Shown: piece by piece, positions 30,185-44,854 of the stretch | Numbering within the stretch: position 1 is the stretch's first letter | Layout of the letters: the number at the start of each line of letters is the position of its first letter | Assembly (NCBI GenBank): GCA_964016885.1 | Contig: OZ024752.1 | Location: forward strand, 24,676,001 to 24,740,000 | Length of the DNA stretch: 64,000 nt | Source: Eledone cirrhosa | Lineage: Eukaryota | Direction of reading: 5' to 3' | Position numbers and translations under genes: made by a program | The notes under the pieces: generated by a model | Databases searched by the model: none | Seen by the model: only the letters and a program-made list of their open reading frames with translations | What the model was told of the DNA's origin: nothing

Positions 30185-31960
30185 ATTCAATGTTTTTTCC
30201 TGACTTTTTGAGAGGCTCGGAATGTAGAAGAAGCTTTATGTAGGCAATTTGAGAATAATTCACTTTTTTGGTTAATTAAATTTCCATAATTAGTAATTAT
30301 TAATAGGGTCTCCATAGTACAAAGATTGCAGTTAGGTGATATTTAACCAAGAAATCGAGTATTTTAAATTTTTGTCTTTTAATGACCATATAAGTTGTAT
30401 TAAAGAAGTCGAAGATTTCCTATTAGGATTCGAAAAAGAACATTTGTGATTCGAAAATCTGAATTTAAATGTCGATGAAGTTGCACCAATATAGTTGTAT
30501 GTAATGTTATTTGTTTTTACGGTGCATTTATAGACCAGATTGCTATCCAGACAATTATTTTGCAGAGGGAAATTTGATCTATTTCTACAATTACATTTCG
30601 ATTTATTGTTATTACTATAAATTGGACAATTGACATTAACATTGCTAGTACTTTGAAGTGATCTATTGATAGTGCTTAGATTAATGTTATTGTTATTCCT
30701 AGTATTAATATTGCTAGTGTTATTACATTCATTATCCCTAACTGTTTGTTGGTTATGATTTAGAATTCTACTATTTATTTTTGCAATGTTCTGGGCCATA
30801 TTCATAGTTGTAGAATAAGAAAGCTTAATTGTGTGTCTGTTAAATATGGAACGGTATTTATGTTGTCTGGGGAAGCATTTATCTAAAGCTTTAAAGAATA
30901 GATTTGAGAGTGGTGTTTTGATTGCTACAGATGCGGGAGGAGCAAACCACATTACTGATTTAGTTCTGATTTTTTTTCCCCGATTTATTCACGGTATTGA
31001 TGTTTGTATTGTAATTTTTAGAATCTCGTTTATTTATGTTAGTCTTATTTTTTACCAGGATTATAATTCAAATTATTATTATCTATATATTCAATATTAT
31101 TTTTATAACCTGCCTTACGTAGCGCGTCATTATAATATCCTGCTTTTTCATCAAATCTGGATTTATTAGCGGATATTCTAGTTAAGCGTTTCTGTACACT
31201 ATTGACTATTGCATTTTTCACGGATTTAGGGTGATTAGAGTAATAGCTAACGTAATTTAAGTTTTCATTGGGCTTATGGAAAGGGTAATAAAATCCTGAG
31301 TTTAAGTTAAGGGTGACGTCAAGGAAATTAACTATTTTGGTACTACTTTCAACTTCTAATTTAAGATCGTAATTTTTAAAGAATTCAATTATAGTTTTCT
31401 TAACCCTATTTAGTTCTGTATTGCTATGCTTGACAACCGTAAATAAAATATCGTCCCTATATAAACCACCGGTAATCCCCGGCAGTTTTCTATTTACCAT
31501 ACTGAAGATAAAAATACCCAGAAGATCGGTAACCTGCGCAGAGTCCGATGATCCCATGGTAATGTCAAAGTTTCTATTCCTATCTGAACGGGTCCAATAC
31601 TCATTGTTAAAATTAATTAGAGTTCTTCTAGCAGTTAATATTATATTGATTTCATCTGCAGTTAGATATGTATGTTTGTAAGCATAAGACAAAGCCTTAT
31701 TTAATAGGTTAGGTGTAATAGAAGAATAATAACTTTCTATGTCCATTTGGATGAATTTGTGATTTTTCCTATTTTCTATATTTTTAAACCAGTCAATTAT
31801 TTTATTAGTGTCCTTCCATAAGCTCAATTTTGACTTTAGTTTCACAGTTGGTAAAATACTATCAATAATATTCTTACTGATTACTCCAATATCCGATTTA
31901 GATGGAGCTATCAGTCTAACAGGCAGGTCTTCCTCAAAGTTTCTCTTGTGATCCTTAAAA
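30185..31960 (-). pseudogene. Second Penelope-like element ORF, 5'-truncated and frameshifted
   Basis: KDHK..PVRLIAPSKSDIG, QMDIESYYSSI, ITMGSSDSAQ, LYRDD, YYSNHP, CNCRN and LVYKC..YIGATS. Clearly homologous to, but diverged from, 20592-23033. Confidence 0.9.
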
Positions 31961-32206
31961 TGAGTGAATTTGTCACTACTTTAAAACAATAGCTTACGGT
32001 CTTCAAAATGCTTTTAATTAAGCATAAAGTGTATTGCAAAATACATTATATATACATCCATATATATATTGCTATTTCAGAGCTCCAATTCTAATTTTTA
32101 ATTTCTGCCTGACCAACAACCGCTCTGTATAATCAGTTCCTGATTATTTACTAGAATTCTATAAGAATATAACATCAGTGATCTCGGCAGACAGGAGGGA
32201 GTAGTT

Positions 32207-32251
32207 AGCCTTGATAAGCTTCAACAAAAGCGAAACAATGCCTTGTCGGCT
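32207..32251 (+). ncRNA. Type I hammerhead ribozyme, U3-A8 core variant
   Basis: AGCC TTGATAA GCTT caacaa AAGC GAAA CAA tgcc TTG TC GGCT. All three stems pair, the site is GUC, and stem I is extended by GATCTCGGCAGACAGG/CCTGTTTGCTGAGATC. Confidence 0.85.
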
Positions 32252-32524
32252 TATCTCCCCTGTTTGCTGAGATCAAAGTGAGTGAATTTGTCACTACTTT
32301 AAAACAATAGCTTACGGTCTTCAAAATGCTTTTAATTAAGCATAAAGTGTATTGCAAAATACATTATATATACATCCATATATATATTGCTATTTCAGAG
32401 CTCCAATTCTAATTTTTAATTTCTGCCTGACCAACAACCGCTCTGTATAATCAGTTCCTGATTATTTACTAGAATTCTATAAGAATATAACATCAGTGAT
32501 CTCGGCAGACAGGAGGGAGTAGTT

Positions 32525-32569
32525 AGCCTTGATAAGCTTCAACAAAAGCGAAACAATGCCTTGTCGGCT
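32525..32569 (+). ncRNA. Type I hammerhead ribozyme, U3-A8 core variant (second unit)
   Basis: Same sequence as 32207-32251, 318 bp downstream. Confidence 0.85.
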
Positions 32570-32698
32570 TATCTCCCCTGTTTGCTGAGATCAAAGTGAG
32601 TGAATTTGTCACTACTTTAAAACAATAGCTTACGGTTTTCAAAATGCTTTTAATTAAGCATAAAGTGTATTGCAAAATACATTATATATACATCCATA

Positions 32699-32851
<153 letters not shown>

Positions 32852-32881
32852 AGATCAAAAGATGGTTAAAAGAGTTCCATG

Positions 32882-32952
32882 TATTTTATTATGCGCATTT
32901 CAAAAACAAATATCATCATGCGATGACATTTGCGTTTTCGTCAGATAAAATA
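32882..32952 (-). ncRNA. Type I minimal hammerhead ribozyme
   Basis: Minus strand: TATTTTAT CTGACGA aaacgcaaatgtcatc gcat gatgatatttgttttt GAAA TGCGCA TA ATAAAATA. It has a palindromic stem III and an AUA site. Confidence 0.82.
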
Positions 32953-33066
32953 GGGAGACATGATATGAAGGTTAAAAAACACTTGTGAATAGTGCAGTTT
33001 TAAATCAACATATGAAAAGTAGTTTTAGATTGATATCTTTCTACCTTATTTCAATGTTATTTATTA

Positions 33067-33944
33067 TCTATATATATAAAACTGTGGTTGTCTGTCTGTC
33101 TATCGATTTTTGGCACACATCTCCTCTTAGAATCTCTCACGGAATTGCACCGAAATTGCTATACTTGTACATTTGAGCTCTAGCGAAGACATCGGAAAAA
33201 AAAAATTTCAAATTGACCCACCCTATGTGACGAAATCGAATATAATGTATCGATTTTTGAGCGTAAGTTATCAGTTATTTCCCTTTGTTCTGTTTACATT
33301 GAGCGTCTTACGTAAAAAATTACGCTGGCTTTAACAGTTGTCGAGCCAGCAAAATATTGACCTGCAAAATTCATCAGTTCGAACACTAAGCTTCCGTTTT
33401 GCTTCATTTCCATTTAAAAGCATTTTAAAACAATATTTTTACTTGAAAACAAGTCTATTTAAAGACTACGTAAAACAAGCAAATATTTCGTCGTTAGGCG
33501 TGCAGACAGACAGTCGTGCAGACAGACAGTCGTGCAGAGAGGTGATATAGGCGTGCAGACAGACAGTCGTGCAGAGAGGTGATATAGGCGTGCAGACAGA
33601 CAGTCGTGCAGAGAGGTGATATAGGCGTGCAGACCGACATAACTGATAATTTGGTTACGCTAATGTTTTTCTCTGCGTTGCAGTGTTTACATTTTCGATC
33701 TTTGTTAATAAATAACCAGTGCAGTTTCTATCCCCAGCATCCTCTTTTGTTATAACATTCGGGTTATCGTTATGTTTTCTTAACTTCATAAGGCATATTG
33801 TTGGTTGAGGGAATATTAATCAAAAACACCACATGCAAGTCTGCACAGTAGACACTACAGTTTTTAAGCCAAGAAAGAAACTTAACATTGTAACTTTAAC
33901 ACAGCTACTGAGCGACCCCGAGCAACGCCGGGCTTTACTGCTAG
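33067..33944 (+). mobile_element. Non-autonomous Helitron, copy 2
   Basis: A|TC...CCCGAGCAACGCCGGG..CTAG|T, near-identical to 28449-29312. Confidence 0.88.
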
Positions 33945-35050
33945 TACATTATATAATACTAGTTACCAATTCTATATCACTTCCCTTTCTTACTTTTTCT
34001 TTTAATTTCTAACCTCTAATATGTACCTTTTCTTCCTAGATACTTCTCAATTCTCATTATTACTCACCACAATATATCCACTCTTCCTTCGTCCATCCTA
34101 TCACTGGCCATAAAACTTACTATTACCCTTTTAAATACTCTATAGTATCACCTTGAAAAATCCTTCGCAAACATAAACATTTTTTTGACGTTAGACTATT
34201 CATCCTCAATTCATTATTTTTTTCTCCCTTTCGTGCTCGTCTAACTTCTACATATTACTCATCACAACACATAAAAACAAACTTAAACCCTAACTAATCT
34301 CCTTTATTACATTATATTATTACCATTAGGAAATACTTCATAAACATACATATTTTGATGTTAAGGTCTTCTCCTTAAACACTATCTCCTTCTTTGCTTT
34401 CTGCGCTCATTTGTAAACAAACTATTTACATATATTACACATACATATTACTTTACATAAAAACAAACTTAAACACTAACTAATTCCTCTAAATTCATCC
34501 ACTCTTCTACTTCTTTTCACAATATATCCTTAATTACATTACTATTTATATTTTTAATAATACATATCAACAATTATTTTCCATCGCACATATTATTAAA
34601 CCCTTCAATATTCAAACCTTAACTTAATATTATTCTTAATACATATTAACAATTTCTTTTTCATCGCACATATTATTAAACCCTTCAATATACAAACCTT
34701 AATTTAACATTATTCTTAAATCTTTCTCTTCGTTAATTTTCAAATTCTTTTAATTTATATATTATCTTCCAACGGTTTTTTAACCTCTCTCTGTAAAACA
34801 ATATTCTTTTTCTCAGTTATAAAAGCTATCTCTCTCTCTCTATCACCCATCTCTCCTCCTATCTCATCCTTCCTTATTATACTCCTCCCCCTCCATTCTT
34901 TACTCTCATCTCCTCCTCTTTTTCATCCTTTCCACCCCACCCCCCTCATTTTTTTCCCAATATCACACATCAATCTAATACTACTTTTCATATGTTGATT
35001 TAAAACTGCACTATTCACAAGTGTCTTTTAACCTTCATATCATGTCTCCC

Positions 35051-35121
35051 TATTTTATCTGACGAAAACGCAAATGTCATCGCATGATGATATTTTTTTT
35101 TTAAATGCGCATAATAAAATA
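35051..35121 (+). ncRNA. Hammerhead motif copy with GAAA changed to TAAA (probably inactive)
   Basis: Inverted partner of 32882-32952. The catalytic G12 is lost within a T run. Confidence 0.6.
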
Positions 35122-35256
35122 TATGGAACTCTTTTAACCATCTTTTGATCTTATATATTATTTATACTCCAGTCCTACAAACTGTAGAGTGCTACTTATC
35201 CGATATCTACATTGCTTTATTGTACTACAATAAAACTCACCTCCTACATCTATATA

Positions 35257-35341
<85 letters not shown>

Positions 35342-35597
35342 TTCATTTCACGTGTCTCCAATCAGTACAGCTCAAAAAGCCGAGTCGCAGCATCAGATGG
35401 AGTTTAATGAAAATTGGATTGAAGGTGTGAATTGAAATAACTGAAGTTGTTTTTGAATATATTAAATTATGTAGGGGACTTTTAAGTCATGACACCGGTG
35501 TCAACTAGACAGTGAAATATTACCATTTATATCGGCTCCATTGTTACAACTTAAACCTCATCTAATTTTATCTTTTATGGTGATTATTTCATATTCA

Positions 35598-35780
35598 GAT
35601 TGGCAGTATCGGTAGAGGGTCGGACACCATGCTTTGAAGCATAGAGTTACGTTCCTTTATGATCTGAGTTCAAATCTCGCCGAGGTTAACTTTGCCATTC
35701 ATCCTTATGGGGTCGATAAAATAAAGTACCAATAATGTACTGGGTAATTGCTGGCCTTGTGCCTAAAATAGAAACAATTA
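35598..35780 (+). mobile_element. SINE with target-site duplication
   Basis: Flanked by ATTATTTCATATT on both sides and absent from the paralogue near 6440. Confidence 0.85.
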
Positions 35781-36475
35781 TTTCATATTAAGGTGGACGT
35801 TAATGTTTGTAAATAACATAAGGTGACTTATTTACCTTATAGTTGTTGTTTTATCACCTGTATTATTAAATATTGAAGTGGTTGTTCAACATTTTACAGG
35901 ACAGGAAAATATTATTTTAATCAGTGCACATTTAGTTTTTACTAACTTTTCTTGACTTTATATTTGGTCTTGAAAACTAAAGTACGTATTATTTCGTTTT
36001 CCACCACAACACAAACATTATGAACTTTTTAACTATCTGAAGTGAAATATCTTGACTTATTACAACTCGTACACACACACACGTCTATTTATTTCTCTCT
36101 CTCATACTTACACACTGTATGTCTGTATATACATATGTATATATATTAACCTTCATCTTTTGAAATTATGGATATTAATTCTCTTGTCACCTGAACTGTC
36201 CTCAATAACAAAAACCTTAAATTATGAAGACTGATTCGTCTTTTTTATGAGCTGAGCATGTTATTGTGAATAGAGCTTCTCTCACCTTAACAAAAATATA
36301 CACATACACACACACACGCGCACACACAGACACACGCACACACACATATATATATAAGCACTTGCTTTTACTTCTTCCAAGATCAGTCTTACGCTTTCAT
36401 ACATCTTATTTCTTTACCAACTGAATGCTACATTTCTTAATATATGAGTGGAAGTGGTGAGATTCCTTTATGAAA

Positions 36476-36903
<428 letters not shown>

Positions 36904-37407
36904 TGAAAAGCACAAATATATAAACGCACTTTGGAAGTCAGAATATAAAATGTGAAGCTTGAGAAATCTTATACATCTCAACACATATGTTGTGTGTGTG
37001 TATATATATATATTTTATTATTTTTATTTTTTAATACATTACTCAAAGTGAAGAAATATACTGACATATATCAAAGATTAGCACAATAACTAGGGAGCGG
37101 AGGAAAAGATATGCTGGACATTGTTTCTGAGGGTAGGATGAGCTGGCTATTGTGGTGGATACCTAAACATTGTAAGACCCTAGTGGGATGACTGAGATTG
37201 ACCTACATAGATCAGATGTCTCAGGATGTCCAGCTGGAGATTAATGATCTCAGGAATGCCATGAAAGATCGTGACATCTAAAAAGAAGAGTAGAATTGTT
37301 CCGGCCAATCCACCTGACCTAATAAATCTAAACTATAATAAAGTAAGAAGCGCAGTTTATAATTTTTTATCCCATTAGTAAAATAAGTTGCATTACTTTG
37401 AATAAAT

Positions 37408-37513
37408 AATTGTTTCTATTTTTAGGCACAAAGCCAGCAATTATCCTGTACATTACTGGTACTTTATGTTATCGACCCCGTAAGGATGAAAGGCAAAGTT
37501 AACCTCGGCGGGA
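37408..37513 (-). mobile_element. 5'-truncated SINE
   Basis: Reverse complement of the SINE 3' half, flanked by duplicated ATTACTTTGAATAAATAAT. Absent near 8230. Confidence 0.8.
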
Positions 37514-40500
37514 TTACTTTGAATAAATAATGAATGAATATTACATAATTTATCTACTAAATTTCATGGCTGTTGATTAAATATATTTTGTTTATTTAAA
37601 GATTCACTTCTTTAAAATTTCTGAAATGTCAACACTTCCGGTTAGCCATCGCTTAAATAAACATTCATATATTTCCATCACTAATTTTCTCCTAATGCAG
37701 TTTATATACAATATCGTCTTTCTTAAATGTACCATGGATTACATTACTGATTAAATAAGACAGTGTAACGCAGTCTTCGTTTAATTTCTATGTATTATAT
37801 ATTGTCTATTACGATTTTATTTGATGTATCATATCTACATGTATATATACCTGCGTATAATATCAATATGCACACTGCACATGCTAACAGAAAATAATAA
37901 TGTTGATATATATTGATGAACATTTATTATGGTGAAATATGTTGGAAATCATTCTCAGAGGTTTTGTATTGTAATTAACAAATACACCCTGTAGAAAGTA
38001 CCCCTTCATATTATTTGTCATTAAGGGCTCTTACAGAGACACAATCTCATTTCATTGTTGAGGGTGGTGGATTTGCAGAATCAGTAGAGTGTCATATATA
38101 GTAGATATGCTTTGTGTCATAAAGTTAGTCTTTTATGTTCTGGGTTTAAATCATGCTATGGTCAACTTTGACTTTCATCCATTCAAGGTTGATAAAAAAA
38201 CAGTAACAGTAATGCACTGGGCTTGATTTAATTGGCATTCCCCTTTCTCTTCAAATTGCTGGCCTTGAGTCAAATGTAGAAACATTTATTTAAAGTCTAT
38301 AAAACAATAGATAGAATGCTTTCTGCCATATTTATCCTGGTTCTCTGCTGTTTGAGTTTAAATCCTGTTGAGGTCAACTTTCTTTCGTCTATTCAAGGTT
38401 GATTAAAAACAAAACCAGTCTATCACTGGGTTCTGTTCTTCCTCTCTATATTTCTATCTCACTTCCTCTCTCTTAACCTCTCTCCTTCTCTGGAAGAAAT
38501 CAACTGCTCAAACCTGGAGAGTGAAGGGCTCCACAAAGCTTCAAATGTCCACAGTGATACCTTACGACTACATTATTTAAAAAAAAAAAAACATTGATAT
38601 GTTTATATGTTTATTTTGTAAACCTTAACTGGTTTATATTTATATTTATGACAAAATATCCACATGTGTAAATAAAAACAATCGCATAACTTTAATATTT
38701 GTTGGATGGTACTTTCATGACAGTTGAAATTTTGACTTTTTAAAAAAATAATTCACATTTGAAAATACTTTCTTCTCTTTTTCTTCACCCATTTATTTCT
38801 GAGAGGGTTGTAGGGGGTAGAATCCTCACACAACCCTTCTACGTCCTATGTGTGTAAAATTTCCTCTTTACACTACACATCACCCTGCGCACACACAGAC
38901 ACACCACATCAAAACACCACAATATACACATCATGCCACAGCACATGCTACATCACAACAGACATATACAAACCAGGTAGTTATACCAACCCAGTAACTT
39001 GATTTTAGTGATTTTTTTTTTGTAACAAATCTCAACATCTCAGTTCTTACCAAGTGGAGTGGAACTCATCAGATTGGACCAAGGAAACAATGTTTCCATT
39101 GGTCTTTCCAATTGATGATATTGAATCGGATTATAAAGAAAGAAAAAAAAAATAGAGAATATATTTATTTAAAAGCCATTGACCTGCATCTTCGGTCAAG
39201 AAGGCCATTGGAGCATCACTTACAGAAGCTGATACAGCAGCCAGCTTGACAACCGATATAGTTAGCACCAACAATTATCACTACTATTAATAAGAGGAAG
39301 GCAGCGACAGCAGCGGTGACATTAACAACAACAACATATATGTGTATACACCAACATCTTACCAGCAAACACTACCATTAACAAGAGGAAGCCAACTCCA
39401 GCATCAGTGACAATATCAACAACACGTTTTCAGGATTGAAAGACTCACCTTTAGCCACAAGGTTCTATGAGAAACTGCTAACATGCTCACATGTGTGCAT
39501 GCTGAACTCTGGGAGCAACCCCCTGTTTTCTTTTTTGTACATTCATCCATTCATTCATTTATTTATTTGATAACATTCTACCTTCTTGTGTGTGTCCCTC
39601 CATGCACCCCCTTCTTTTCTCTCTTGTCTTCTGATGCCTCCATATCTGACGTAGGTGAGCTATGAGGCCCTCTTATCAGCATTTTCCCTTCTACCCACAC
39701 AGTTGTGCCTAGCACCTAGGCTGGTGACAACCAGCACCGCTGAGGCTGCTTGGTGCCCCAGTGCCCCCCCCCCTCTAAATCCTCCATCCCCTGCAGTCGA
39801 CACCTGCAGCACCACGAATAGACGGGCGAGGGGCCAGAACTGATGGGGTGCGGCTGCTTCCACCACCTTACTTGTGTTGGCTTGACGCGTCAAACCTTCA
39901 GTGCCCTCGCAGCGTAGAGAAGCTGAAACTGTCTCTTCGCCACGTCTGCCCAGCCACGGCCGTCTAGCACACCACCAGATGAGACAATGAGCTTGCCTGA
40001 CACCCAAGCCTCGCTGGTCAACATCACTTGGCTTAGGCGGCGCCGGAAGACCCCACTCAGGATCCTGAGAGCAACCCGGGTGCCAGTACCCGATGCTCTC
40101 GCTTCCTCTTTTATGATGATTATTTCATATTACGGTGAACGTTAATGTTTATAAATAACATCAGGTGACTTATTTACCTTATAGTTGTTGTTTTCTCACC
40201 TGTATTATTAAATATTGAAGTGGTTGTTCATCATTTTACGGGACAGGAAAATGTCTTTTTAATCATAATTAGTTTTTACTAAATTTTCTTGACTTTATAT
40301 TTGGTCTTGAAAACCAAAGAACGTATTATTTTGTTTCCTATCACAACACACATATTGTGAAATTTTCTATCTGAAGTGAAATATCTTGATTTATTTCAAC
40401 AGCTACACACATATTTCTACACACATCTCTCTATCCCCCCCCCCCCTCTCACACTCTCTCTCTCTGATTGAATTATATAATATACGCTTGAATTTTCTTC

Positions 40501-40731
40501 GTCGAAAATCAGTCTTGGGCTGTCATATATCTTAATACTTGTACCAACTAAATGCTACATTACAACTTTGTAGAAGAAGAAAGCGGAGTTCTGCAGTCTT
40601 TTATGGACCCTTCACAGCATATATTAACAATATCTACATTTCTACACAGCATATATTAACAATATCTACATTTCTTAATATATAAGTAAAAGTGGTGAGA
40701 ATCCTTTATGTAAAGATCACTAGCTAGAAAT

Positions 40732-41497
40732 ATGTCTGAATATAGCTGTGAGATTTTCAGAAAAACTTTCCCTTCAAAACTGAATCTAACCTCACACGAA
40801 ATAATACACACTGGAGAAAAACCCTTCCAGTGTGAAATATGTGATAAATCTTTCACTGATAATTCTAAACTTATCATCCACATGCGAAGTTATACTGGAG
40901 AAAAACCCTACCACTGTGAAATATGTGGGAAATGTCTTTCTCAGAAGACTCATCTTGGAGTTCACAAAACAACACACACTGGTGAAAAACCCTTCCAATG
41001 TGAAATATGTGGAAAATCTTTTTTGTAAAACACAAAGGAATACACGCAGGGGAAAAAACTTTTTCATGTGAAATATGTGGGAAATCTTTCTCTCAGAAGG
41101 TCCATCTTGGAGATCACAAAAGAATACACACAGGAGATAAACCTTATTCATGTGAAATATGTGGTAAATCTTTTTCTCGTGGTTCTAACCTTGTAGAACA
41201 CAAAAGAATACACACTGGAGAAAAACCATTCCACTGTAAAATATGTGGGGAATATTTTACTTATAATTCTAATCTTGTCATCCACATGTGGAGTCAAACT
41301 GGAGAAAAACCCTACCATTGTGAAATATGAGGGAAATCTTTTGCGTTGAGTGGTGACTTGAAAAGACATATGACAATACACACTGGAGAGAAACCCTTCC
41401 ACTGTGAAACATGTGGCATATATTTTGCCTCGAGCTGTGTCTTGAAAAGATATAGAAGAACACATAATGGAGAAAAACCTCATTCATGGGAAATATG
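40732..41497 (+). pseudogene. C2H2 zinc-finger paralogue B2
   Basis: ORFs 40732-41028 and 41007-41330 are joined by a frameshift, with a TGA at a Cys codon at about 41328. Confidence 0.88.
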
Positions 41498-44400
41498 AAA
41501 TCCTTCTCTTATACATCTTAACATCTATATGTGTGTGTATATGTATATATACTTCACTCATGCGGAAGAAATATACTCCCATATATCGAAGATTACCACA
41601 ATAACTAGGGAGCGGAGAACAATATATACTGGACATTGCTACTGAGGGTAGGATGACCTGATGAGCTGGCTCCTGTGGTGGATACCTAAACATAGTCAGA
41701 CCCTAGTGGGATGACCGAGATTGACCTACATAGATCAGATGTCTCTGGATGTCCAGCTGGAGATTAATGATCAGGAATGCCATGGTAGATCGTGACATCT
41801 AAAAAAGGAGAGTAGAATTGTTCTGGCCAATCCACCTGACCTAATAAATGATAATAATAATATATATTAATGAACATTTATTATGGTGAAATATGTTGGA
41901 AATCATTCTCAGAGGTTTTGTATTGTAATCCACAATTACAGTCTGGAGGAAGTTCCACTTCATATTATTTGTCATTAAGGTTTCTTATAGAGATACATGC
42001 TCATTTCATTGTTGAGGGTGTTGTATTGGCAGAATCAGTAGAGTGTCAGACGATATGCTTTGTGTCATATAGTTACATCCCTTTACATTCTGTTTTAAAA
42101 TCTTGTTGTGGTTAGCTTTACTTTTCTTCCTCAGAGGTTCAGTAAAATAAAGTACCAGTAATCCACTGGGGTTGATTTAATCAACTTTCTCCTTCCGTTC
42201 CAATTGCTGGCCTTGAGTTAAAAGTAGAAATATTTACTTAAAGTCTATAAAACAATAGATAGAATGCTTTCTGCCATATGTGTTCATGTTCTCTGCTCTG
42301 GGTTTAAATCATGCTGAGGTCAACTTTGCCTTTCATCCATTCAAGGTTGATAACAAAAAAGTACCTGTCTACCACTGGGCTCTGTTCTTCCTCTCTATAT
42401 TTCTTTCTCACTTCCTCTCTCTCATTCTCTCTCCTACTCTGGAAGTAATCAACTGTTCCAACCTGGTGAGTGAAGGGCTCCACCAATCTTCATATGTCCA
42501 CAGTGGCACCCCTATGACTCCATCATTTGAACAAAAAACAAAGCAAAAGATCAATGTGTTTTTTTTATAAACCTTAACTGGTTTATATTCATATTTGTGA
42601 CAAAATATCTACATTTATGTTTAAATAAAACAATTTTATAACTTCAGTATTTGTTGGATGGTACTTTCATGACAGTCCAAATTAGGACTTTTAAAAAAAA
42701 TTAACATTTGAAAATACTTTACAACTTTACCCATTTATTCCTGAGAGGGTTGTAGGGGGTAGAGTCCTCACACACCCCTTCTACATCCTATGTGTGTAAA
42801 ATTTCCTCTAAACACTACACACTACATCACTCTGCACACACACGCCACATTACTACACCACAATACAAACCCCATCCCACACAACAGACACACATCATAC
42901 CACAACACAACACATCCAAACCAGATAGCTATACCAACCCAGTATCTTGATTTTAGTAAATTTTTTTTGTAACAAATCTCAACATCTCGGACCTTACTTA
43001 CCAAGTGGAGTGGAACTCATCAGATTGGACCAAGGAAACGTTTCCATTGGACTTTCCAATTGATGATATAATATACAATCTACTATTTGTAACTCCTGGC
43101 AGATAGAGCAAGGTGAAATAAAGTGTCTTGCTGAAAGACTTCACACATTACCTAGTCTAGGAATTGAACTCAGAACCTCATGGTTGTTAATCCAACTCTC
43201 TTACCACTAAGCTACATGTCTTCCTATTTTTTAGTGATAGTGGACAGTGAATGATGATGATGATGGTCATTTTATTTGATAGATTGACCAGTTCATCATC
43301 TCAATGGTGTAGTATTGCCTTTTTTCCCACAGGGTCCCTTTAAGTCATGAGTAAAAGGTAATAGAGTATTGGTTAGGGTGTTGGACTCAATGAAAAACTT
43401 GTGAGTTCAATTCCTGGGCTTGGCAGCATGTTCTGTCGTACAATAAAACATTTTATTTCATGTTTCTTCAGTTCAATCAGCTGGAAAAAAATGAGTTGTG
43501 ACACTCTAGTTCCAAGTTATATCGGCCTTTGACTTTCCTTTGGACAACATCATATAGTCTATATATATTGTGTGTTCTGAATATATATATATATATAGTG
43601 ATAACATGGTATGTATAGCTCTTTAGTTCTTAGCCCAGATTGTTCCATCGGGAATATATGTCAACTAATTGTCTCCAATGATTTCAGTTGGTGACAGCTT
43701 GTTGACATCCATGTCAGCTGATGTTGACTGTTTGTGGGTTATTTTGGAATGTGTTCCACCAGGTCATCTTCGGTCGACCTCTTTTCCACTTGTCTTCAAG
43801 GGGAATCCATGTCATCGTTGTTTTGGATGGGTGATCTTCTGGGAGATGCAGAATATGACCTGCAAAATGGAACCAACACTCCATGATGATCTCCTGCAGT
43901 GTATGTGACCCTGCTTTCCACAGGATCTCTCCAGCTGAGCTTTAGAATCTTATGCAGGCTCCTTTGATGGAAAGTTTTTAGAGACCAATCCATCTTCACA
44001 GTGCGTTTCCATGTTTCGCAGTCATAGATGGCCATGGGAAGTACAATGCTAGTTTACAAGCGGAGTTTAAAATACATGCTGATGGCTCTGTTTGACCAGA
44101 TAGAGTGCATCCATTGGAACACCACGGTCACCTTTTTAACCCTGCAGTTGATGTTCAGCTCAATGTTGTCACTGTTCCTCAGAATACTGCCCAGTATATA
44201 TAGAGGATATATATATAGTGTATATATTAGTTGTGAAGACACTGGCACCAAATAGTATCAGCCTTTGACCTCCCTTTGGATAACATAATATATTTTATGT
44301 ATAGAATATATACTACTGTACTTACCGGCGTCGAATACGCTACTTTTTTCTTAAAATAAGTTGCAAAAATCTACCATATGTCCTGGAGGCCGAAGGTTTA

Positions 44401-44854
44401 TTTTTTATTTTCAAATTTTTGGTTGTCAAAGTTAGGGTGCGTCTTCAAGGATAGGAAATATGGTATATATATGTAGTGTATATATATATAGACTGTATAG
44501 TGTATATATAGATATATAGATATATATATATGTGTTTATATATAGACTGTATAGTGCATACATACATATATATATATATGTAGTGTATATATATTGACTG
44601 TATAGTGCATATATACATATATATATAGATATACATATATGATGAATATTGGTGATAGGAAGGGCATCCAGCTATCAAAAATTTGCTAAAAAAAGGGTTG
44701 TGTAAAGGACATGACAATCACTTTAGTATTGGTGCCACAACAAAATACACCCAGTAGGTGTGACCATATGTAACTGAAAGGAGGACCCCAACCCCACCTT
44801 GGTCTTTGAAGACAACCTGTCTAACCCTTGCATACAGGGAAATTGTACATTAAA

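Larger units (their letters stand above)
31961..32696 (+). mobile_element. Retrozyme-like tandem array A: 318-bp unit x about 2.3, one hammerhead per full unit
   Basis: Units start at 31961, 32279 and 32597 and are near identical. The array ends in (TA)n. Confidence 0.85.
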
